64,000 bases of DNA from Ilumatobacteraceae bacterium (GCA_044340485.1 JBIITN010000004.1:28357-92356), one strand, 5' to 3'. Positions 39,769 through 49,776 are shown, numbered from the stretch's first letter. A program made the numbers and translations. The notes: a model not told the origin generated them from the letters alone.

Positions 39769-42035
39769 GCAGCGTCTCTACGTCCACTCGTCAACGTGAT
39801 GTATTGGGCACAAGTGCACTACGTCCAGACGGCGGAGCCAAAGTACAGGGATCATTTGCGTTCTCTTCAGACCTGTGGGCAGAAAACATGTTGTGGGGTG
39901 CAACACTTCGCTCGCCACACCCGTATGCGCGCATTATCTCGATTGATACAACTGCTGCATGGAAGATTGCAGGTGTTGAAACCATCATCACCCATGAAGA
40001 TGTACCCGGGCAGTTGACATACGGCCTCATTTCCAGTGATCAACCCGTGTTTGCCAAAGATTTTGTACGTTACATGGGGGAACCTATCGCAGCAGTAGCT
40101 GCGGATCATCCTGAGACATGCCGTCGTGCACTCGCAGCGATTGTTGTGGAGTACGAAGTTCTCACCCCTCTAGCAGACGGAGAACGCGCTCTCGACCCAA
40201 CAGTTGCTCCTATTCACCCAGACGGAAATGTGATTCGCGAGTTACAGATCATTCGCGGTGATCAAAGCGCCACCGGGCCAATTGTTGTCGAAGGTACCTA
40301 TGAGTTAGGCATTCAAGATCAAGCGTTCTTAGGCACAGAAGCAGCACTTGCACTTCCCGATCATGATGGAAAAGGCGTGGACGTGTATGTGGCCACACAG
40401 TGGTTGCATGAAGACCAAAAGCAAATGGCTGCATGCCTCAACCTGCCTGTCGACAAGGTTCGCCTCACTTTGGGCGGTGTTGGAGGTGCATTCGGCGCGC
40501 GGGAAGACATCAGTCTGCAAGTGCACTGTGCGCTACTGGCACTGCGCACATCGCGACCAATCAAAATGCAATATGGACGCGAAGAGAGTTTCTTTGGCCA
40601 TGTCCATCGCCATCCGGCCAAGATTTGGATGCGTCACCACGCAGATGCCGACGGACGAATCATCAGAGTCGAGTCGCGGATGTTGCTCGACGGTGGAGCG
40701 TATGCCTCTACATCGTCTGCAGTGTTGACCAACGCAGCAACTCATGCACAGGGTCCGTACAAATGTGACAACGCAACCGTCTATAGCTATGCGGTGCGCA
40801 CCAATAATCCACCGTGCGGTGCGATGCGTGGATTTGGCGTTGTTCAAGCCTGTTTTGCTCATGAAAGTCAAATGGACAAGATTGCAGCTGCTGCTCTTAT
40901 CAGCCCAGTTGAAGTGCGACTGCGCAATGCGATGGAAACCGGCGATTTACTCATCACCGGTCAACCCGTTGAAAGCGTCGCACCAGTTGCTCGTTGCATT
41001 CGTGAGACTGCGGCACTTCCAATGCCAGATGAATTATCACCTACACCCGATCCGCTGGAATTACCCGGCGGATCTGGGCGCACAGCTGACCGTCAACACA
41101 TCAAGCGCGGTATTGGCTGGGGTGTCTCAATTAAGAACATCATGTACTCAGAGGGCTTCGATGATTACTCCACAGCACGCGTGACCTTGCAAGACGGTGT
41201 AGTGACCTTGAAATTCGCCACCAGCGAAGTGGGACAAGGTTTTGTCACTCTTGCGCCACAGATAGCTCGCACAGTTCTTGGCGTTGATCAGATACTGATT
41301 GATCCCATGGATACAAGCATTGGATCAGCCGGCTCCACCAGTGCGTCACGACAAACATGGATGAGTGGCGGTGCCGTTGATGGAGCATGTCGCCTCGTTC
41401 GTGAACGCCTCTTTGAACGCGTGGGTCAACAACACAACATTGATCCCCTGCGCCTTGCCATCGATGGGACTGACGTGGTCGACACAATGGGCGATCTTCG
41501 CATCTCTGTCGCTGAAGCGACACTTGGCCAGCGTTTTGAGGAAACATTCGAGTATCACCATCGCCCAACTGAAGACCTTGACGAGAACGGACAAGGAAAC
41601 TGCCATGTGGCGTTCGCATTTGTTGCACACCGCGCAGTTGTTGATGTCGATACAGAACTCGGATTAGTCAAGGTCGTGCAGGTTGCTACTGCACAAGACA
41701 TTGGACGAGCTCTCAACCCACTATCAGTAGTAGGTCAAATTGAAGGTGGCATTGCCCAAGGACTTGGTCTTGCTGTTATGGAAGAAATCATTGTCGACAA
41801 TGGCCGGGTACGAAATCCTAGTTTCACCGATTACTTGTTGCCCACCGCTCTCGATGCGCCAGTAGTTGTCGCATCATTTGTGGAGGAACCAGATCCACAG
41901 GCGCCGTTAGGCGCAAAGGGCGTGGGAGAGCCACCGTGTATTTCGGTTACCCCAGCCATTGTTGCTGCTATTCGCGACGCAACCGGCAAGGATCTCTCTC
42001 GCGTCCCTGTGCGACCGTACGATATTTGTTTGTGA
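39765..42035 (+). CDS. xanthine dehydrogenase family molybdopterin-binding (large) subunit, XdhA/PucD-like
   Basis: 756 aa. GGVGGAFGARED, PPCGAMRGFG, GAKGVGEPP. Overlaps the upstream stop. Confidence 0.92.
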   Translation: MSSVSTSTRQRDVLGTSALRPDGGAKVQGSFAFSSDLWAENMLWGATLRSPHPYARIISIDTTAAWKIAGVETIITHEDVPGQLTYGLISSDQPVFAKDFVRYMGEPIAAVAADHPETCRRALAAIVVEYEVLTPLADGERALDPTVAPIHPDGNVIRELQIIRGDQSATGPIVVEGTYELGIQDQAFLGTEAALALPDHDGKGVDVYVATQWLHEDQKQMAACLNLPVDKVRLTLGGVGGAFGAREDISLQVHCALLALRTSRPIKMQYGREESFFGHVHRHPAKIWMRHHADADGRIIRVESRMLLDGGAYASTSSAVLTNAATHAQGPYKCDNATVYSYAVRTNNPPCGAMRGFGVVQACFAHESQMDKIAAAALISPVEVRLRNAMETGDLLITGQPVESVAPVARCIRETAALPMPDELSPTPDPLELPGGSGRTADRQHIKRGIGWGVSIKNIMYSEGFDDYSTARVTLQDGVVTLKFATSEVGQGFVTLAPQIARTVLGVDQILIDPMDTSIGSAGSTSASRQTWMSGGAVDGACRLVRERLFERVGQQHNIDPLRLAIDGTDVVDTMGDLRISVAEATLGQRFEETFEYHHRPTEDLDENGQGNCHVAFAFVAHRAVVDVDTELGLVKVVQVATAQDIGRALNPLSVVGQIEGGIAQGLGLAVMEEIIVDNGRVRNPSFTDYLLPTALDAPVVVASFVEEPDPQAPLGAKGVGEPPCISVTPAIVAAIRDATGKDLSRVPVRPYDICL

Positions 42036-42038
42036 GAA

Positions 42039-43964
42039 CTAACTCAGAGCGTTGTACTGCTCTGGTTTGATCTCTTGCACTTGTTGCCAGTACTCAAGCA
42101 GGCTAAACGGCCAGTTTTGTGCAACACGGTTGTATTCGTTGCGGTACCACGAATTCACTGTGGCAACTCCCCACACCATGCCGGCATTGCCCTGGTCGAC
42201 ACGCTCGTTATACGCGTTGTGCACTTCTTGCTTCACATCAAGGGCTTTCAAGTTGTTTCGCAATAAGTGTTCGACATAGCGCATCACATAGGTGACTTCG
42301 CATTCAGTGAAATAGATGATGCTTCCGTTTACAACGATGTTGGTGTTTGGACCGTAGAGAATGAAGAAGTTCGGGAACTTTGGAACTGTGACACCCATGA
42401 ATGCACGAGCGTCGCCTTTCCATTCGCGCTGCAATTCGACTCCATTCAAGCCGACAACTTCCATTGGCATAAGGAACTTTGATGGCTGGAAGCCAGTTGC
42501 GTAGATGATGATATCCACTTCACGAAGTACACCTTCCACGTCACGAACGCCGTTTTCCTCAATTGATGCGATTCGATCGGTTACAAGCGACACGTTGTCA
42601 CGCTTTAGCGTGCGCGCCCAAATGCCGTTATCAACCACAATTCGCTTCGATGCTGGCGGATACTGGGGAATCACTTTCTCGAGTAGATCAGGGCGGTCGC
42701 CGAATTGCTCAGTGAGGTAATCCACGAGCATCGCGCGCATTTCTTGGTTTGCCGGACTCACCGAAAGAGTTTGATCTTTCCAATTTGGGTCCACCTGACA
42801 TGCGGGCAACATGCCCTCACTTCCACGCCAGAACAGCCAGAAGCGATACCACTGGGCGTAGCCAGGAATATTTCCAAACAACCACTGTAAACCTGGTGCT
42901 ACTGACTCGTGGTACTCAGGAATTCCAAAGAACCAGTTTGGCGTGCGTTGATACAAATCAACATGAGCAGCTTGCGCCGCGACAGTTGGCATCAACTGAA
43001 CTGCGCTAGCAGCAGAACCTATGACTGCCACACGCTTTCCTTTGATGTCGACATCTGTGCGATAGCGAGCTGTATGCCAACTTTCGCCCTTGAACTTATC
43101 GATGCCAACAACATCTGGCATGTTGGGACGATTCAACTGACCGACAGCTGAGATGACTGCATCTGCTTCAAAATTCTTTTTCTGACCATTTGAAGTGGTC
43201 TCCACCGTCCACTTGCCTGATTTTTCATCAAATACACTGCGGTGTACTTCGGTATTGAAGTTGATCAATGGACGAATGCCGAATTTGTCTGCACAATTGC
43301 GGAAATAATCAAGCAAAGTTGCTTGTGCTGAGTAATAACCTGGCCAGTCATTGCGTTGTTCGAACGAGTAGCTATACATGTGGTTCGCGACATCTACGCG
43401 ACAACCTGGGTACACGTTCTCGAGCCATGTACCACCAACGTCGGCATTCTTATCGACTAATTCAACCTCGACACCTGCCTGACGCAAACGGTGAGCGGCA
43501 AGGATGCCAGACATTCCTGCACCGACTATCAACACCTTGAACGAGCGTCCGGGGGCAATGTCTTTCAAGTTCCACTGCGGAGCACGAAGATCATCGCCAG
43601 TCACTGACAACTCTTCTTTGAGCAACGGCAAATAGTTGGCGTCCATTGACGTTCCCGACGCCCATTCCATTGCTTTGCGCATGTCATCGTCCGAACGAGA
43701 CAACTCAACATTTGCACCGCTATCACGGAACTTCTTCAGCACAGCCAGGGCAATCGTGCGAATCTCGGCCTGCTGTTCGTCTGTCATTCCACCTTGTGGC
43801 ATTCCTACGAGTGCGGGGTCAGGTCGAAGGTGTGGCTTCAAGATCGTGTAGTTACCTGTGATATACGCAAGTGCCGGCAACAACGACGGACACGAGGCGT
43901 CGGCCAAGTGCTGCTCGAGTTCTGAGTCGGACACGTTTTTCGGGAATGAAACGGCTTTTGTCAT
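42039..43964 (-). CDS. Baeyer-Villiger monooxygenase, long HAPMO-like type with ~140-aa N-terminal extension
   Basis: IVGAGMSGI, GGTWLENVYPGCRVD (BVMO-specific motif), FKGESWHTARY (fingerprint with His retained, Trp to Tyr), VIGSAASAVQ. Start taken at ATG 43964. Confidence 0.85.
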   Translation of the reverse strand: MTKAVSFPKNVSDSELEQHLADASCPSLLPALAYITGNYTILKPHLRPDPALVGMPQGGMTDEQQAEIRTIALAVLKKFRDSGANVELSRSDDDMRKAMEWASGTSMDANYLPLLKEELSVTGDDLRAPQWNLKDIAPGRSFKVLIVGAGMSGILAAHRLRQAGVEVELVDKNADVGGTWLENVYPGCRVDVANHMYSYSFEQRNDWPGYYSAQATLLDYFRNCADKFGIRPLINFNTEVHRSVFDEKSGKWTVETTSNGQKKNFEADAVISAVGQLNRPNMPDVVGIDKFKGESWHTARYRTDVDIKGKRVAVIGSAASAVQLMPTVAAQAAHVDLYQRTPNWFFGIPEYHESVAPGLQWLFGNIPGYAQWYRFWLFWRGSEGMLPACQVDPNWKDQTLSVSPANQEMRAMLVDYLTEQFGDRPDLLEKVIPQYPPASKRIVVDNGIWARTLKRDNVSLVTDRIASIEENGVRDVEGVLREVDIIIYATGFQPSKFLMPMEVVGLNGVELQREWKGDARAFMGVTVPKFPNFFILYGPNTNIVVNGSIIYFTECEVTYVMRYVEHLLRNNLKALDVKQEVHNAYNERVDQGNAGMVWGVATVNSWYRNEYNRVAQNWPFSLLEYWQQVQEIKPEQYNALS

Positions 43965-44094
43965 ATACAAGTTTTTAGCGCATCCGACGCCCTCGTGGCG
44001 AGCGATTCGATCAATTAGATGAATGAAAAAGACACACCCTGGAGCAATTAGCCTGTGAGGCGACCCCGCCACCACGACTCACCAGAGGTTTTGC

Positions 44095-44490
44095 ATGTCC
44101 AGCACTGTTGTCCCCCACGTTGATTACCTTGTATTAGGCGACAATCCACACCTGGTCGCAAATGAATGCACCAACTGCTCTGCGCGTTTTTTCGGACGCC
44201 GCAACGCCTGTGCCAATTGCTCGGGAACTGACTTTCGTATCGTCCCCATAGCGACAGAAGGGGTCTTACGCTCATTCACGATCGTCACTTTTGCACCACC
44301 AGGAGTGCCTGTGCCATTTACGGCCGGAATCATCGACTGCGGCGGAACCAGTGTTCGTGCAAACATCATCAACGTAGATCCCACTCCAGACAAAGTCTCA
44401 CTTGGTATGAAAGTGAAACTCGCCACCTATTCGCTCGGAAAAGACGACAACGGCGTCGAAGCAATCGCTTTTGGCTACGAACCCGCGTGA
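44095..44490 (+). CDS. DUF35 Zn-ribbon/OB-fold protein
   Basis: CTNCSARFFGRRNACANCSG (CxxC-x10-CxxC) followed by an OB-fold-length segment. It sits immediately upstream of a thiolase, as is typical of DUF35. Confidence 0.8.
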   Translation: MSSTVVPHVDYLVLGDNPHLVANECTNCSARFFGRRNACANCSGTDFRIVPIATEGVLRSFTIVTFAPPGVPVPFTAGIIDCGGTSVRANIINVDPTPDKVSLGMKVKLATYSLGKDDNGVEAIAFGYEPA

Positions 44491-44559
44491 TCAAATAACA
44501 CACTCACCAACAACGACGACAAATTCGCACTTACATCCACTTACAACAGGAGAACGACC

Positions 44560-45759
44560 ATGGCTACAGAAGACATTTACATCCTCGGAATCAACATGAC
44601 AAAGTTTGGAAAACATCCAGACAAAGACACCGTTGACCTCGCTGCGCAAGCGGCCCTCGCGGCGCTCAAAGACGGCGGCGTCACAATGAAGGACATGGGC
44701 GTGATGGCGGCTGGTTGTCTATTCGGTGAAGGCAGTGTTGCACAGTCGATTCAAAAACAAATTGGCCAGACCGGAATTCCGGCATATAACGTGTCGAATG
44801 CTTGTGCCACAGGGGCAACTGCTTTACGCACAACGATTATGGCCATTAAAGCTGGCGAGTGCGACATGGGACTAGCCGTAGGAGTTGAAAAACTCGCTGG
44901 CGCTGGACTACTTGGCGCAAAGTCACGCACAGATGGAAAAGTGTTTGAGCCAAAGGGGCGCTTTGGTGCCGTAGTTCCCACCGACGGTCTTATTGGTACC
45001 GACAATATGCCAGGAACCTTCGCCCAGGTTGGCATGGAATATGGACACAAATACGGCGGTGCAACATTTGAGTTGTTCGCCAAGATTGCCGAGAAGAACC
45101 ATGCACACTCCACGCTAAATCCCCTTGCTGCCTACACCAAGCGAATGACGCTTGACGAGATCATGAACGACGTCATGATCGCCTACCCCAATACCCGTTC
45201 CATGTGTTCAGCAAACTGCGACGGTGCAGCCGCTGCGGTAGTGGTGAGCGGCAACAAATTGAAGACCCTCTCGAAGGAACAACAGCGCCGCGCGATCAAG
45301 GTGTCAGCATCGATCTTGACAAGCGATCCATATCAAGAAGCTTGCCAAGTGCTACCAGACGTCAACACCCTTACTCGCATTGCCGCTAAGCAAGCATATG
45401 AACAAGCTGGCGTTGGCCCAGAAGATCTGGACCTAGTAGAGCTACATGACTGCTTCGCAACTGCTGAACTTGTTCACTACGACAACTTGATGTTGTGCGA
45501 AGAAGGTGGTGCAGTCGACTTCTTTAACTCCGGCGCGACATGGCGCGATGGTCGTCTTCCTGTCAATGTCTCTGGTGGCCTTGAATCCAAGGGCCACCCC
45601 ATTGCGGCAACAGGCATCGCCAACATCTGGGAAGTGTGTCATCACCTCCGTGGCGAAGCGGGCGACCGCCAGATTGAAGGAGCAAAGGTCGGTATGGCTC
45701 ATGTCATTGGCCTCGGATCTGCGTGTGGCCTTCATATCTTGGAGAAATCAGCCCTCTAA
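44560..45759 (+). CDS. SCP-x/lipid-transfer-type thiolase family protein
   Basis: NVSNACATGATAL (active-site Cys context), GLESKGHPIAATG, HVIGLGSACG. Confidence 0.88.
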   Translation: MATEDIYILGINMTKFGKHPDKDTVDLAAQAALAALKDGGVTMKDMGVMAAGCLFGEGSVAQSIQKQIGQTGIPAYNVSNACATGATALRTTIMAIKAGECDMGLAVGVEKLAGAGLLGAKSRTDGKVFEPKGRFGAVVPTDGLIGTDNMPGTFAQVGMEYGHKYGGATFELFAKIAEKNHAHSTLNPLAAYTKRMTLDEIMNDVMIAYPNTRSMCSANCDGAAAAVVVSGNKLKTLSKEQQRRAIKVSASILTSDPYQEACQVLPDVNTLTRIAAKQAYEQAGVGPEDLDLVELHDCFATAELVHYDNLMLCEEGGAVDFFNSGATWRDGRLPVNVSGGLESKGHPIAATGIANIWEVCHHLRGEAGDRQIEGAKVGMAHVIGLGSACGLHILEKSAL

Positions 45760-45833
45760 GAAGCACTTTCTTTACCAGTATCAATCTGGCGTGGTGGGAG
45801 TCGCCTCGAGCGTTCTACACTGGTTTTCCAATC

Positions 45834-45849
45834 AGTGACGTGCGTCATG
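45834..45849. promoter_or_regulatory. AGTGA-CGTGCG-TCATG inverted repeat (GTGA-N6-TCA geometry) upstream of the EthD gene
   Basis: Read from the sequence, 32-47 nt upstream of ATG 45881. Confidence 0.4.
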
Positions 45850-45880
45850 TCCTGATCTTCTACTGAAGGGAACAACAACC

Positions 45881-46177
45881 ATGATTCGAGTCAGCGTGCT
45901 CTATCCAAAGAGCGACGGAACCACCTTTGACATGGACTACTACAAGACCAAGCACCGCGATCTTTGCTTCCAAGTCCTCCCAGACTTGAAGAAAATGGAC
46001 GTGGAGCAAGGCCTTGATGGTCCATACATCGCAGCAGGTCATCTCTTTTTCGACAACATGGAAGAGTTGCAGCGCAGCATGGGTGGCGCAGATGCAGTGA
46101 AGGCACAAGAAGATGTGCGTAACTACACAAACTGCGAACCAGCAATTCAGATCTCACAGGTCATTCCCGTTAACTGA
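45881..46177 (+). CDS. EthD family protein
   Basis: 98 aa; MIRVSVLYPKSDGTTFDMDYYKTKH is typical of the EthD/TIGR02118-like family. Confidence 0.78.
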   Translation: MIRVSVLYPKSDGTTFDMDYYKTKHRDLCFQVLPDLKKMDVEQGLDGPYIAAGHLFFDNMEELQRSMGGADAVKAQEDVRNYTNCEPAIQISQVIPVN

Positions 46178-46188
46178 AATAGTTCAAT

Positions 46189-46224
46189 CAAAAAAGGCGG
46201 CAGGGTCACCTGCCGCCTTTTTTA
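46189..46224. terminator. bidirectional rho-independent terminator
   Basis: AAAAAA-GGCGGCAGG-gtca-CCTGCCGCC-TTTTTT between the convergent EthD and livF genes. Confidence 0.85.
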
Positions 46225-46257
46225 TGTTCTGAAAGAATTTCTCGCAGTCGTCAGCCT

Positions 46258-46974
46258 CTAGCCACGAGACATGTACGACGCTTCGATCTCGTCGATGCGG
46301 CTTGCTAAATCGGTAGCCGTACCTGAGATCTCGATCACCCCACGACGCATCACGTACGCACGATCTGCATACTTCAATGCTTGGCGAACGTGTTGTTCAA
46401 CCAATACCACTGCAGTTCCACGCTGATCAGCTGCATCGCGCACCGCTTGCAAAAGACGTTGCACCACGATCGGAGCAAGACCCATCGACAATTCATCGGC
46501 CAAGAGCACCGAAGGTTTACGACCTAAGTTTCGAGCGAGACTAAGCATTTGCTGCTCACCACCAGAGAGCGAGCCTCCAGAGACATTGATGCGTTTTTCC
46601 AATTCGGGAAACAGTTGCAATGCTTCATCAATATCGGCGCCGGCCACGCGGAGATTCTCGCGAGTGGTAAGTCCCATGAAAACCGACTTCTCTTCGGTTA
46701 CAAAGGTCAGTCCGTTACGCGCACGCACGTGAAGTGGACCAGTGGCCACTTCACCGCCGATCACCACGTCGCCTTCCATTGGAGATAGTTCCCCCGCCAA
46801 GGTCAACATGGTGGTTGTCTTTCCCGCACCGTTAGGTCCAAGAATTGCCACTACTTCACCGGGGTTGGCTACAAGGTTGATCCCTTTGATTACTGCTTGT
46901 TGGCCACCGTATCCCGATGACAAGTTACGGGCTTCGATTCCCATCGAGCCAACTGCTGTTGCTGTGTCACTCAT
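46258..46974 (-). CDS. livF: branched-chain-amino-acid-type ABC transporter ATP-binding protein (LivF-like)
   Basis: GPNGAGKTT, LSGGEQQML, LLADE. Confidence 0.9.
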   Translation of the reverse strand: MSDTATAVGSMGIEARNLSSGYGGQQAVIKGINLVANPGEVVAILGPNGAGKTTTMLTLAGELSPMEGDVVIGGEVATGPLHVRARNGLTFVTEEKSVFMGLTTRENLRVAGADIDEALQLFPELEKRINVSGGSLSGGEQQMLSLARNLGRKPSVLLADELSMGLAPIVVQRLLQAVRDAADQRGTAVVLVEQHVRQALKYADRAYVMRRGVIEISGTATDLASRIDEIEASYMSRG

Positions 46975-46986
46975 GTGTGTTCCCTA

Positions 46987-49689
46987 CTAGTGGTCCGCGT
47001 GCTCGCCGCCAAGATAGGCAGCAATCACCAACGGGTTGGATTGAATTTCGGCTGGAGTTCCTTCTGCGATCTTGCGACCAAAGTCAAGAACAACAATGTT
47101 GTCGCACACGCTCATCACGAAGTTCATGTCATGCTCGACAAGCAAGATACTCATACCCCACTCATCTGCAAGGCGACGAACCAGAGAAGCGAGTTCTGCA
47201 GTCTCGGCATCACCGAGTCCAGCACCAGGCTCGTCAAGAAGCAACACGTTTGGCTGTGTTGCAACTGCGCGAGCAATGGCAAGGAGTCGACGATTTCCGT
47301 ACGACAAGTCCTCTACTTTTCGCAATAAGTCATCTTCGAGACCAAACTCGTTGATTGCAGCCACCACCGCTCCAGGAAGCGGCGGGTTCACTGGCCAGAA
47401 CAGATCCGTAAAGTACGACTTTTGATCGCGGGGATCAGACGCTGCGCGAAGGTTGTCGAGCACCGACAAGTCTTCGAATAACTCTAGCGACTGGAATGAA
47501 CGAGACATTCCAAGTCGTGCACGCTTCGGTGCGTTCAACTTGGTGACATCCACACCGTCCAAAGTGATTGAGCCAGCTGCTGCACGGGTAAAACCTGTAA
47601 CGGCGTCGATAAATGAGGTCTTTCCAGCACCGTTTGGTCCGATAAGTCCGGTGATTTTCCCGGGTGGAACCTGAAGGGTGACGTCTTCAACAGCGGTTAC
47701 ACCGCCGTAACGAACAGTCAGTCCCTCCACCTTCAATGTTACTGGTGCGACCCGATCGCGAGTTTCTGGTGGAAGCACCACTTTCTCAACGACTACTTCA
47801 GCATTTGGATCCGTCTTCTTCACCAAGCCCTTCAGTTTCGAGCCGACCCACTTCACTTGCATTGCAGACTCTTTAGCAATGCCATCTTGGTTCAGCAACA
47901 CGATCAACACCACGAAGATTCCACCAATGAGCTGCACATATTGCTCAATCCCCGAGAAGATCGAATTCGAAATGCGTGCGCCAATGGAACCTGACGTCAA
48001 CGTGGCACCAAAAATGGGACCCATTAGCCAACCGATACCTCCAAGGAAGGCCCAACCAACCGAAGTGACAGATATGAAGTTGTTGAACTCGGACGAGAAC
48101 AAGATGGTGTCTTTACGGAATGAAATAAGAATTCCACCAAGACCAGCAATGGAGGCGCCAACAGCGAAGGCATACAACTTGGCACCCACAACACTGATTC
48201 CTAATGCTGCAGCTGCGCGCTCGTTAGTACGCACAGCAAGCAGACGTCGACCACTTCGACCTCGACGCATCGCAGCAACTGCTAACGCGGCCAAGATGAA
48301 GCCAACCATGCAGAAGATGGCGTAGCGACTCGGGTTACGAGTTGCTGAAATATCAATTCCAAAAACGCTCGGCTTACCGATCTTTGTACCAATAAAACCA
48401 CCAGTCCACGCGCTGTTGCCAAAGATGATCAACTGAATCGCGCTACCAAGACCGAGGGTCACAATTGCCAAGTTCAGTCCACGTGCTCGCACGGCAGGCA
48501 GAGCAAACAGTGCACCAAGCGGCGCAATAACCATCAATGCAAATGGGATTGATAATAGGAATGGAAAATTCCATACATCAATTGCGCGACCCGCAATGTA
48601 GGCACCAAGACCAGCAAGTGCATACTGACCAAGTGACAACTGCCCCGCATAACCCGTCACAACAACTATTGACAACAGAATTGTGGCCATTGCAAAGGTA
48701 GTGACCATGGAGTCTTGCCACAATGTTGGCAACTGCGTAATCAGAACAAGCGAAATCACTACACCAATTGCCACGTGCAACGGCCGCACACGACCATCAC
48801 CAACAGCTGGTAGTCGGGACAGGAAGTATCCACGGACTGGGAGCGCGGTTCCGCGAAACACCATCACTGCGATAATCACAAGGAAAGGAAATGATTGTGA
48901 AATACCTGGAGTGCTGACGTAGTTCACTAACTCTGTTTGACCAACGCCAATCAGAAGTCCAGCAACAAGGGCCACCGGAAACGAACGGAAACCTGCAACT
49001 AGTGCTGCAGCAAGTGCCGCAAGAACGAGGTTTGTCATTGTGGTCACTTGCAGAGTCACGATCGGCGATACAAGAATCGCAGCAAGACCTGCCAAAGCCG
49101 AACCAATTGCCCAGTTGAGTGTTGCAATTTTGTCGGGGGAAAGACCGATAGCGGCAGCTGCACGTTGGTTCTCTGCTACTCCAGAAGTTGCAAGACCAAA
49201 GTTGGTGAATTTGTAGAACGCCCACAAGACGAACGTCAAAACAGTTGCAATGATCACCAAAATGATGCGATCTAGCGCAATGGTAATGCCACCCACTTCA
49301 TAAAGATTGTCTGGCAACTCAGTTTGAACAAACGTGACGCGTCCGCCGTATCGAATAACGGCAGCGGACTGCAAAATAATTAACACACCAAGCGTTGCAA
49401 CAATTCGAGCTAACGGAGACGCACGACGCAACTGACGCATCACAACCAAGTGTGTGAGTGCACCGATTAACGCTGACAGGGCGACACCAAACAACAATGC
49501 GAGAATGAACGGCCAATTTTGCTTTTCTCGCAATTCCCACGAGAAATACGCGCCAACCATGCCCACTGCACCGTGGCCAAAATTCAATACGCCCGAGCCG
49601 CGATAGATCACCATCAGGCCCTGCGAAGCAAGTGCATACAGAGCACCTACACCTAAGCCCAAAATGGCAAACTTAATGAACTCCTGCAT
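46987..49689 (-). CDS. fused ABC transporter protein: LivH-like permease + LivM-like permease + LivG-like ATPase in one 900-aa polypeptide
   Basis: An N-terminal LivH-like start (MQEFIKFAILGLGVGALYALASQGLMVIYRGSGVLNFGHGA) and a second block of TM helices. The C-terminal ATPase has LKVEGLTVRYGG, GPNGAGKTS, LSYGNRRLL, LLLDEP and an HD motif. The frame is uninterrupted. Confidence 0.88.
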   Translation of the reverse strand: MQEFIKFAILGLGVGALYALASQGLMVIYRGSGVLNFGHGAVGMVGAYFSWELREKQNWPFILALLFGVALSALIGALTHLVVMRQLRRASPLARIVATLGVLIILQSAAVIRYGGRVTFVQTELPDNLYEVGGITIALDRIILVIIATVLTFVLWAFYKFTNFGLATSGVAENQRAAAAIGLSPDKIATLNWAIGSALAGLAAILVSPIVTLQVTTMTNLVLAALAAALVAGFRSFPVALVAGLLIGVGQTELVNYVSTPGISQSFPFLVIIAVMVFRGTALPVRGYFLSRLPAVGDGRVRPLHVAIGVVISLVLITQLPTLWQDSMVTTFAMATILLSIVVVTGYAGQLSLGQYALAGLGAYIAGRAIDVWNFPFLLSIPFALMVIAPLGALFALPAVRARGLNLAIVTLGLGSAIQLIIFGNSAWTGGFIGTKIGKPSVFGIDISATRNPSRYAIFCMVGFILAALAVAAMRRGRSGRRLLAVRTNERAAAALGISVVGAKLYAFAVGASIAGLGGILISFRKDTILFSSEFNNFISVTSVGWAFLGGIGWLMGPIFGATLTSGSIGARISNSIFSGIEQYVQLIGGIFVVLIVLLNQDGIAKESAMQVKWVGSKLKGLVKKTDPNAEVVVEKVVLPPETRDRVAPVTLKVEGLTVRYGGVTAVEDVTLQVPPGKITGLIGPNGAGKTSFIDAVTGFTRAAAGSITLDGVDVTKLNAPKRARLGMSRSFQSLELFEDLSVLDNLRAASDPRDQKSYFTDLFWPVNPPLPGAVVAAINEFGLEDDLLRKVEDLSYGNRRLLAIARAVATQPNVLLLDEPGAGLGDAETAELASLVRRLADEWGMSILLVEHDMNFVMSVCDNIVVLDFGRKIAEGTPAEIQSNPLVIAAYLGGEHADH

Positions 49690-49760
49690 TTTCCCCCCTC
49701 AGATGTGTGGTTCCCCACAAGCCCGCAACTGTTATTGCAGTTATCGAACTGACGCCCTAC

Positions 49761-49776
49761 GGTGACGGCAGTCACA
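49761..49776. promoter_or_regulatory. GGTGA-CGGCAG-TCACA, CRP/FNR-geometry inverted repeat upstream of the fused liv gene
   Basis: Read from the sequence, 72-87 nt upstream of ATG 49689. Confidence 0.5.

Noticed and set aside
39765-42035. Aerobic CO dehydrogenase (CoxL) interpretation of the M-S-L ordered molybdoenzyme genes
   Set aside because: The large subunit lacks the CSFR-type active-site loop I associate with form I CoxL. It shows an XDH-like CGAMRGFG context instead, and no coxDEFG accessory genes are nearby.
37349-42035. Selenium-dependent molybdenum hydroxylase system (the SsnA association known from E. coli-type clusters)
   Set aside because: No selD, yqeB/yqeC-like or other selenium-labelling accessory genes are present in the window, so the idea is unsupported here.
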